The notes beneath the pieces are model-generated. The model was not told the DNA's origin. It ran no database searches and worked only from the letters and a program-made list of their open reading frames with translations. From contig OZ234493.1 of the NCBI GenBank assembly GCA_965153455.1, positions 35,826,213 through 35,890,212 on the forward strand: a stretch of 64,000 nucleotides of DNA. The letters are read 5' to 3'. Of this stretch, positions 27,306 to 38,000 are shown piece after piece (positions within the stretch are counted from its first letter, which is position 1; each line of letters opens with the position of its first letter). Source of the stretch: Sphagnum compactum. Taxonomy: Eukaryota. A program made the position numbers and the translations under genes.

Positions 27306-29379
27306 TGAAAATTTTATTAAAAATATGTTATGCATATCATCATGTTGCGAAAAAAATTATAAATTTAAACACAAATCTGAAAAGACACCTTTCCATGCTT
27401 CTTTACTTGAGAATGGGCTAAACAAATTTCAAAAAAAAAAAAACTATAAGATCCTATAATTACCTCACCTAAACCAATTTCGATGAACCATTGTCATTAG
27501 AATTTTTTATCTTAATAGCATTTTTTTTTATAAAAATTTATGTGGCACTTGGTTGTTTGGGATTTTGATTCCATATATTGTAAGAAAATCAAATTTCTAA
27601 TTACCAACTTTTCTTTGAAAATAGCAAAGAAATGTCGGAAATGTACATGTGTTAAAAAAAAAAAATTAATGATGGGGCCAATTAAAGTGGTTCTTTAAAA
27701 AAGAAAAAAAAGAAAACTTTGGGTTCACTCTCCCCCTAACAAATAAATAGACCTAGCAATATTATACCCTCAAAAATAATAATAGGTTTTGGCATGTTAC
27801 TTCAAATGGTTTTGGCCTTCCAAATGTTTGTTGGGCATCTTTTAGACATTTAAATCCTATAATCAATAAAATTAAACACCAATTTTTGTAACTAGTGTAT
27901 TAGTAAATTATTAATTTTATTAAAAATAAATTATTATAAGGAATTTTGTCCATATTAATTTATATATTTGCAATTTGTGTCCAAATCAATCATTTTTATG
28001 AATATTAATATGATTATTTTTTGCACATAAATATTATAATATTGAAATACGTGTGAAATTTATACCAAAAATTGAGTTGTAAGTTTAAATTCATCTTTAT
28101 TTTTTATTTTATTTTGGTGAAAATTTAAAGCAACAGGATCCAATTGGGAATTCTTTCAATTTCTAAATAAAATTTATATTTATTTTTTAAAAAGGTATTC
28201 TGTTGATTCCTAAAACTTGTTATTTTGTTTTTGGTTTTTAGTCTTAGTTTATTAAGGACTTCCCACAAAATATTTTTAGGTCCAAAAAATTGACAAAATA
28301 CTTGGCAGAAAAAAAATCGCTAAAGATTCGCATACCCGATAGTGTACCACCAACAGCAAAGGAATGACCATCCGGACAATACAAAATTTATTATTTTCCA
28401 TGATTATTAACCGTATCTATATGAAGTCAAAGGTTACGGAAAATATTATTATTATAGTGTACTAACAGAAACATACAGACGGTGTTGAATAGGCTTGTGT
28501 GTTAGGTGTGCTTAAAAAAATATTGTTATGGCCAATGAAATTGCTGTATTTCATTGTCTGAAATTTTTATTTTTATTTTTAAAAAATTCTAAATGAATTG
28601 AACAAACTAACAACTAAATGTGTAATAATAGGGTTCAATAGGTTTGTGAGAAAATTTATAAGGACCCAATGGAAATGCTAGAAAGGGGTTAGTGTTGTGT
28701 CTATGCCTCAAGAATTTTATTTATTTATTTATTTATTTATCTATTTATTTTTCCCCCCAGGTCAAAGACACAAGGTTCAGCAGATTAGGGTTAGGGTTGT
28801 GTCTATGCCCCAAGAAAAAAATTTCTAATTTTTTTTTTAATTTTTTTCTTTTTGCCTCCCAAGGTGAATGGGATTGGTGGATTTAGTCTGAATTTGTTTT
28901 CTCAAGGTACGTTGTGCTTCGGTGATCTCTCACTCACCCCGTTATTTGTATCATCCCCACTCGACTCACTCAAAGAGCTAGGTTGTTTCGTGTCTGTATA
29001 TAAAGTTGAGGCGACATTGGCCCCCACCCACCTTATTATAGTGGGTGCTCCACCTTATTCTAGTGGGTGCTCCGCCTTCTCCCCATCCCCAAGATTTAGA
29101 GACCGCTCCTCACAAATGGTGACAAAATGTGAGTCACCACCTTATCTCTCAAAAACGGGTTGTACAAGTGCAAGAAATTTTTTTGACTTGGTGTCTAGTA
29201 ACATTAAACCCTCTACTACACTTGCAACTACTAAGTGTCCATTTTGACTACTAAGTGTCCATTTCAACTAACAACTAATGGGTTAGTTGCAAATTTGAAA
29301 TTAGTTGGTGTGATTGATACTAATTAGTTGGGGGCATGAGGAAGGGCGGGGGGGGGTGGAGCAAGTGCCTCACAAGTCC

Positions 29380-29700
29380 AACTTTTTTTTCTTTTTTTTT
29401 GGCAATGAGTTATTTTGTTTGCCCCATCACAAAAAAAAACTAAATTGAAACTATGGAGGCTCCCCCCAAAATCGAAGATTTTATTGAACGATGAAGTGCC
29501 TATCCCTTTGGCCCAGCTATATAGGTGTGAAGGGGAGGACTTTGGGCAAAACATATGGGGATCTAAGTGAGGTGCTATTGGGAACACCTTATGGGAACAC
29601 ATTGGGAACTTAGGGAACATATTGCAAACTCATTGAGAACTTGAAAGGAACATAAAGGGAACATGTGGGGAAAAAAGGAAAAATGAAAAAAAAAAAAGCA
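29380..29700 (+). repeat. Dispersed repeat family, probably transposon-derived; related segments at ~58870-59050, ~59260-59340 and ~27670-27740
   Basis: Shared order of motifs GCAATG..T(G/T)GCC..A-run, then CCCTTT(G/A)GC.CA..TATAT..ACTTT(T)G(G/A)GCAAA..ATATGGG; internal GGGAACA repeats at 29580-29665. Confidence 0.55.
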
Positions 29701-30138
29701 AAGGCATTCTAATTGAACAAATTTTTTTTTTTTTTTCTTGCTGAAGGCATCAAAAGAAAAAAAAAAAAATCTATCAATTATTGGTGATTTTAAAGTGCAC
29801 ACCCCCCCCCCCCCCCCCCCCAATCCCATCTCACCCCACCCCCACCGCCACCAAACACACGCAACAACACACACACACACCCCCCAAACAAGGGGAAAAA
29901 AAAAGAGAAAACATAAAAATAAAAATAGGGACCACACACAAAATCGTTGGCACTGGCCTTCAAAAGCAGCAACAAATCTGCTTTTGAATGAATGGGTAAA
30001 AAATGTACAAACAAAAAGAGAAAAAAAAAAAAAAACAACATTGAATGAAGTGAAGTGCAAAAGATTAGAAAAATAATAAAAATAATTTTTTTTAAAATCA
30101 CATGGACCCCTTCCACCCTCCCCCCCAATTCCCCTATA

Positions 30139-30392
30139 ATACACTTGTATTGCATTATAGGTACGTAGGTAAATTATTTATTTATTTATTTATGTATATA
30201 GGTAGGTATATATATATATAATATACACTTGTATTGCATTATAGGTATGTAGGTAAATTATTTATTTATTTATTTATGTATACAGGTAGGTATATATATA
30301 TAGTATACACTTGTATTGCATAATAGGTATGTAGGTAAATTATTTATTTATTTAGTTATTTATTTATATAGGTAGGTATATATATATATATA
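30139..30392 (+). repeat. Tandem repeat, ~80-85-bp unit, 3 copies
   Basis: ATACACTTGTATTGCA.TATAGGTA.GTAGGTAAATTATTTATTT..GGTAGGTATATATATA at ~30139, ~30224 and ~30305. Confidence 0.9.
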
Positions 30393-30739
30393 TGTGAATA
30401 TGAGAAGCTTGGAAGCTCAAGAAAAGAGGAACACAAAATTTTTGGGGTTTAAAAAAAATTCAAAGCAAAAAAAAGTCTATAAATATAAATGGAACAAGGG
30501 GGATGACATCACCAATGATGATGTCAGGGGGTTTTCATCCCTCTACACGTGGATGCAAAACACTTGACATGCAACTGCTTCACTCACCCACAACACCACA
30601 TGGGTAGTAGCCCCTTATTTAGTTGCCTCTCACACTAATAATATGAACAAGGCTATTTTGTAACTAACTCTTTGAGTTTAAATTTTTTGTCTTTTCCTTA
30701 ATTTTTTGTCTTTTCCTTTCCTTTTGCTTCTCCCCTAAC

Positions 30740-30775
<36 letters not shown>

Positions 30776-31627
30776 GCAAAAACCCTAAACCCTAAATTGA
30801 GAATCACTTTGGGTTTTTTTTGGTCCTTGGGTTCTGGATTCTTCCTTTCCTAGTGTGTGCCTGTGTCACACATGCATGGTGAGCTGCAAAAATAGTACCA
30901 AACCAAAAGGATCCATTTGGGGGAAAACCCAAGTTCTCTATTATATATATATGTGTGTGTGTGTGTACAAATCTGCATGGGCAATGTGACAATTATTTTA
31001 TATGAGTTTCTCTCTATCTCTCTCTATATATATACTCTATTATATTTTATTTTTATCTATTTTAAAATTATTTTTAAAAATATTCATCTATTTTTTATAT
31101 CAATATTGAAAATTTGGTGTGGTATTATTTGATACTATATATATACATATGTATATGTATATATATATGGGACCATGATTTTGTTGGAAAGAACTTCTAG
31201 GACTTTTATTAGTATTTCTAGTGGCCACCTTTTAAATTTTCAAGGATCAAGTTATTTAATTATTTAATAAATTATTATGCCAACCATTTTCCCATCATTT
31301 TTTTTTCTAGAGATTCTTTTCTAGATTTTTTAATTTTTATTATTATTATTATTATTATTTTGGGCTCCCTCTTATTTTGGTCATTTTTAAGAGCTTCAAA
31401 GAAAATATATATCCTGAGATTTTTTCTTAATATATCCACCACCTTATACTCTTTTTATTTCCAAAATCCCAAGTAAACCCTAGGTCAACTCCCCACCCCT
31501 TCCTATATAGCATTGAAAAATAATACTAATAATAATAATAATAATAATAATAAATATTCAAAGAAGCTCCAGAAAGCAAAGGTGACCTTTGAACCTCTTT
31601 TATGGACCTCTAAAAATTTATTTAGAA

Positions 31628-31660
<33 letters not shown>

Positions 31661-31707
31661 AATAAAAGAAAAAGAAAGAAAAAACTTAATAGTTTCATAG
31701 CCACTCA

Positions 31708-32622
31708 CAGTTTACTAACTGCAAAGGGGCTGCCCAAGTTACTGATTACCATCTCCAGTTTACTAACTGCGAAACCTCTATCCATCTATTATGTAGATTC
31801 CCAGATCTCCAGTTCACTAACTGCTAAAACCTATATCCATCTCTATGTAGATTCACACCTCTTCAGTTTACTAACTGAAAAGGCTTTCTAGTCAACGGGG
31901 ATAATCATACAACAACTAGTTGTACCCAGTTTACTTCTAACTGCGACAGCTAAGTTAACTGGTCAAAGGGGAGAACCATATCCAGTTTACAACTAACTGC
32001 ACAACCTGCTGGTTAACCAAAATGGGGCTAAAAAAAATCCAGTTTACTACTACTAACCACAAAACCTGCTGCCTGTCAATGGGGATAACCATGTGCAGTT
32101 TACTACTAACAGCAAAGCTGCTGTAAATTAGGATAACCAAATCTGATTTACTACTAGTTAACGACAAACCAACTCTGAATTGGGGATAACCAAGTCCAGT
32201 TTACTACTAATTTGATCTGCAAACCAACTCTGAATTGGGGATAACCAACTCTGAATTGGGGATAACCAAGTCCAGTTTACTACTAATTTGATCTGCAAAC
32301 CAACTCTGAATTGGGGATAACCAAGTCCAGTTTACTTTTAACTGCAAAGCTGCTGTCAAGTCGTGGGATGGCAATCTTCAGTTAACTAACTGCAAAACTG
32401 CAGTGAATAGGATAACCAAGCCCAGTTTACTAACTGCAAAGCTGCTGTGAATGGGATAACCTTGTCCAGTTTACTAACTGCAAAGCTGCTGTGAATGGGA
32501 TAACCTTGTCCAGTTTACTAACTGCAGAGCTGGCTGTGGATAGGATAACCTTGCCCCGTTTACTAACGGCGAAGCTGCTGTGAATGGCATAACGTTGTCC
32601 AGTTAACTAACTGCGAAGCTGC
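31708..32622. repeat. Degenerate tandem array (44-60-bp period) of the palindromic core CAGTT-TACT-AACTG upstream of the histidine kinase; candidate cis-regulatory array
   Basis: Cores start at 31708, 31756, 31810, 31864, 31927, 31983, 32040, 32096, 32197, 32273, 32328, 32379, 32423, 32467, 32511, 32556 and 32600. The last six are spaced 44-45 bp apart. Confidence 0.9.
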
Positions 32623-33911
32623 TTCTTCTCTCCTCCGCCTCCTGCTTCCTGCCTCTCGCTCGTCTCTTCTCTTCTCTCGACGACACTAGTGTCTTTCCTG
32701 CCATGATTCTGGCTGGAGTAGCGACAACTTGTTTGTTGTTGTTGTTGTTGTTGTTGTAGTAGTAGTAGTTTCCCACACTGCATGAGAAGTCGTATGAACT
32801 GTGTAAGAAGAAGAAGAAGAAGAAGAAGAAAGGGTTTGACGAGTAGCAGCTTGGTACTTGTACAAGGTTCAAAGGATCAGTCAAAAGGGAGAGAATCTGC
32901 AAGCAGACCTATCGTGTTGTTGCAGCGCTCGGGATGGTTTTTTTTTTAATATCAGAATTTGATCTGAAGAAGTCCATGGTGGCTTGCTAGACTGTAGCGC
33001 CATAGAAGTTGCAAATTGACAATCTTGAGCAAATTTTTGTGCAGGTGGTGGTGGTGGTGGTGGCTGCAAGGAATTAAGACGTTGGGTTTGTGACCTGCTA
33101 CTAGCAGGTCAAGGATCATGGTGCCTGGTTCATGTAGTCGAGGAGGAACAAGAACAAGAACAAGAAGCAGAAACTGCAGCTAAATTAGATTGGGGTTGGA
33201 GGTTTTTTTGTAGAAATTGAAAGTAGTTTCATGATCTTTGGATCCCTAGCCCAACACTTATCAGAATTGGGACTAGACTGAATCTTCTTCTGGAGGTGAT
33301 GATCAGAGCGCAGCTGTTGTCAGATGAGAATGGTATCGGAACTCCTGCATTCAAGCAAGCTTGACAGTTATGACTGCTGCATGAGCGGCCGGTGATCATT
33401 CTTCATACATGTGAATGATCTGCATGCAGAAACAGGTAGTAGTATGTATGTGCTGCGCTAGCTTGCTGCTCACAAATGATATAGAGAACTGGCAGTGATG
33501 ATGATCAGAAAGCCGGCTTTGCTGAAGCTGCTGGAGCTGAGGCTACTTGTAATAGTCCAGCACGCAATCTGGTGCTAATGATCTGCAGCTCGTGGATGAG
33601 CAGGAGCAGCTGCTGCTGGGGTTCATGACATGAGATCGACGGTGGCGTAAGAATGAAAAGCTCACTGGATGCGACGATCAAGCTGCGCTGTTACAGTACT
33701 ACTAGTAGGCTTGGTTGCTCAGCTGATGGTGTAGTAGCAAACACTTGCAGTTCAGCTCGTGTAGAATTCGCACGGCTTCTTCTTCCATTGCAACAGTGGA
33801 CTCTAGGAATATGATCAACAGCAGCAGTTCACGAATTGGTGGCGGTGTAGTGGGGAACTTGGGATCAGTCGGATCACGTCTTCATCTCCAGATCATGAGC
33901 CAGATTTGAGG

Positions 33912-35014
33912 ATGCCGGCCGCGAGCGAGATTAGCGGCGGGGGCGGGGGCGGGGTAGTGCAGCAGCAGACATCAACAAGAAGAAGAAGAAGAAGAGGTAG
34001 TCGATCTGCATCATGGGTCCTGCAGTACCCGCGACGCATCTGCAAAGGAGCTGCAGGTTTGCTTCCTTTATGTCACACCAATTGCAACCCCTTCCGTTAC
34101 TTTGCGGTGCGATTTGGATGCGTGCTAGTCGGCCTGGGGATCGCCCTCGTCATCGGCGTCGTCCTCTTCAATAACTCGCTGCAATCCAGCCGCCAAGAAT
34201 TCCAGCTCAAGTGCGACAACATCAAAGAGGTTCGTCCTGCAAACCCTCCCATGACTCTAGAAAAGCTCAAGAACTTTGATGGTTCCCAGAGCTCTCTCTC
34301 TCCCAACCTCCCTCCCTCGGCCGTGATGATGGGTACTCTCGAGACCAAAAAAAAGGTCTTGAAGCTTGGTATGTGTTTCAGAGCAAGAAGCAAAAGATCT
34401 TTGACGTGATGCATGCTGCATGCTGCCATCCACACTGTTCTGCCTGCCTGCAGATCCTGAGTTCGGAGGTAGAGAACAACTTGAACGCGTCGTTCGTGAT
34501 CTTGGGTCTGGTAGCAAGCGTCCCGAATCTGAACGAGAGTGTATGGACGACTTTCACCAGTCAGACTCTCTTCCTCCGACCCAATGTGCAGACTCTCTTG
34601 TACTGCCAGCGAGTGCTGGCAGCAGACAGACCCAGCTTCGAGAAGGATCACAACGGGAGCATCCGCTACATCTTGCCCAACGGCACATGGGAGGTATGCC
34701 CTAACAGCTCCATGGAGTACGCGCCCGTGGTGTACGAGACCCAGGATGAGCATCTTTACCTGGTGGACATTGCTTCCTACCCAATCTTGAAGATGGCCTT
34801 GTTCTCCGCCCGCGACAGCGGCGTCTTCACCTTGTCGCCTCCTAGCTTGTTTCTTGGCTCTTGGCAGATGGGGGCCTACCTCGCTTACTACGGACAAATC
34901 GACCCCACCACTCTCACCAGCAACTCCCAGCGCATGCAAGCTTGTCAGGGTTATATCGCCACAGCTCTCAACATCACAGACGTCTTTGGTGTTGTACTCT
35001 CAAGGTTTTATCAG

Positions 35015-35053
<39 letters not shown>

Positions 35054-38000
35054 CTTTGCACAAGACTTTCTTTGCCCACAGAATCATCTCTTCAATCTCC
35101 AGAAAACAAATGGAAGCTTGCATAGTCAGGTTTGACAGTATGATCGTCATGTCCAGAGGACCCACGATGTCTTTGTTGACAATGTCAGATTAGGGTTTCA
35201 AGAGAGAACATCAAGCAATTGGGTCCCAGTCTTTTCTTCTTGTTCTTGATCCAGGTTCTGTTGCAGGTATGCAGATGATGCAGACATGGACGTGGTCGCA
35301 CTCTATGTTGCAGATCCGAGTGCAGGGTTGAACACATACTACAACTGCAGCTCCAATGCTACCTGTGCATTGCCTTTGTATGATCCATCCAATAGGGCAA
35401 AAGACAACAGTGAGACCTCTGTGTCCTGGACTTATGGCACACAGAATTTTGAGCTGCAGTGCTTGTCCAAGCATAACCTCAAGCTTCTGGCACTGCGGAC
35501 CATCATTGCTTGGCCCCTTCTCATGGCTATAGTTGTCGTCTTCTGTTCCGCAATCATCTCCCTGGTGCTCAAGAGAATGAATACTATTGAAAAAGATGTG
35601 GCTACCATGGAGAAGATGAATGCAGATCTCACAGCTGCTAAAATTGCAGCTGAAGCTGCAGATAAAGCCAAATCAAGCTTTCTTGCCACTGTTTCTCATG
35701 AGATAAGGTGGGTGCACCGCTCTCCATGAACTGTGATGCCCCAAACCCTATTACCAAATTAGTGGGGAGACCAGTGCAAGTCTTAAAAGTCTTCAGGAGA
35801 TTGATTTGGCACAGGAGAAAATACCTACATTTGAATTGAGGTAGTGGGTCACAGAAAGCAATGAGTCCTGACATGCACTAAGTTAGGCAAATCAGCACAC
35901 AGTCTACGGTCTGATTTGGGTGTGTCCATTTCTTCTTTTGTAGTTGTTGTTCAAGAGCTTCCATGCTGATGGGTTGTTTTTGGGGTGTTATGTGGCCCAC
36001 TTGCAGAACTCCCATGAATGGAGTCATTGGTAAGCCCATACATGCTCCCATGACAAGATGCTGAAACTTGAAAAGTTCCTCCATAATATCTACTGTGCAG
36101 CGAAGAAACTTTGTCGGTTACTAGGTTAAACTTTTCACTTGCATTTCTCCAGCATGTTTTGGAATCTCTTTTCTAGCACTGCCACACTCGCTGATGGACA
36201 TGGTAAATTGGAGAAAAGTTCCTAAGCATGCAGTTAGCTTGGAGAGGTTGAGACCATTTTGTTTGGTGGAGTTCCTGCAGTTGTAGTATATTATGTTGTT
36301 GACCTAAGCTCAGTTGAACATGTTACAACTGACATCAAGATATTGTCTGGTGTGAAGGAATGACAAATCTGTTGATGGGGACAGAGCTTACAGCACAGCA
36401 GCTTGACTATGTCAAGATTGCTCAAGCAAGTGGGAACACACTTCTGTAAGTTTTTTATCTTGTTATAGCTGAGCACCAACTTTCATGGCCTTTCACATTC
36501 CACAGATAGTTGAGATCCAGGAATGATTCTTGTCGAATTCCTATCTAGTACGCTGGTTGCTTCTGGCAACTTTTTTATTCTCAGACTTGTGTGATGGGTT
36601 CTGGGTTGCAGGGCACTCATTAATGATGTACTGGATCTATCAAAGATTGAAGCTGGAAAGATGGAAATTGAATGTGTGCAATTTGACATACGAAATGAGA
36701 TTGACATTGTGCTCTCAATGTTTGATGAGAAAGTGCTCCAGAAGCAACTCGAAGTGGCTGCACTGATTCATGATTCAGTGCCACCCTCTTTGATGGGTGA
36801 CCCTGGACGGATCCGCCAGGTGAGCCAAGTTTCTTCATTTCTGGACCTGACTTGTTGAGAGATTCTGTACTATGGCTAAAGATAGCTTTTAGGGTGGTAG
36901 ACTCATTGAAGGTGGGTGGCATGTACCACATGAGAAGAAATCAACATGACGTCTGCACAAATGATGACAATGTCAAAGAAAGAAAGTATTTTTTGCATTC
37001 CAGAAGAAGATCATGAAGTGCTCTTTACATGAGATTTTGTGTATCAGGATTCTAACTAGATGGTGTTTTGTATAGGTTTTGATCAACCTTGTTGGCAATG
37101 CCATGAAGGTAAAACTCTCATATGGTTCCATACTCAATGATCAAAATCTATGTGAATTCTAAGTTGCTGGCCTCTTGAAGATTTGGAAAGTTTTGCATGC
37201 GTCTGATATCAACACTAGATCATCATATCTACATTTTGAGTTTCTCACCATTTGAATTGTTTGTCCTGGACTGCAGTTTACAAAAGAAGGGAGCATCTTT
37301 GTATGTGTGCGCGTGGTTGATGATACCTGTAATCTAGAGCATACTAGTGGGCAGTTGCTAGGACCCCATCCAATTGCTAAAGCCTTAACTCCTCGAGACA
37401 TACCTCTATCACAGGTGCTTCCCAACAGTAGTTGTAGTGATACTGGGACTAGAAATGGTGGGGTGGGTAGTGATCAAAATTTAAGTTCAGGTTTAGGAAG
37501 CTGTTTATTAGGATTGCAAAACACTGATATGGTTGCTCCAAGAATAAGCATGCGACCAGGCCCTCTGAGCACTCGAGAGGCAGTAGCAAGGTGGAGGTCT
37601 TGGCAACTCAAGGGTGATCAGGATCCTGATTCTAGACCTCCTGAATCAAAAGCCACCATTGTTGTTTCTGTTGAGGACACAGGTAAGGAGAAAACCAATA
37701 CTAGACCTAGAGATTTGCACATATGTAATGTCTAATTTGCAGAAACTTGGAAGTCTAACTTGCATTGCTTATATGTGATAATGTTGTGTAGGCATTGGCA
37801 TCCCGTTAAATCTGCAGCATCGCCTCTTCCAACCATTTCTCCAGGCAGACAGCAGCACCTCAAGAGAGTATGGTGGGACTGGCATTGGTTTGTCCATATC
37901 TCAGGTAAGTGTACATGCATCTCTACTTGTTCTCTGTGAATGACAGCATGGGTTTTAGCTATGACCATGACACACCAGAAGTCTGCTTACTATAGATTTT

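Noticed and set aside
29575-30155. Overlapping ORFs of 112-189 aa
   Set aside because: Produced by homopolymer and low-complexity runs (poly-A, poly-C, CA); not protein-like.
31708-32622. CRISPR array (palindromic repeats with variable spacers)
   Set aside because: The inter-core sequences are related to each other (tandem-duplication history), the cores vary in length, no cas genes are present and the context is eukaryotic.
34097-34939. 280-aa minus-strand ORF
   Set aside because: Antisense shadow of GC-rich kinase exons 1-2; no recognisable motifs.
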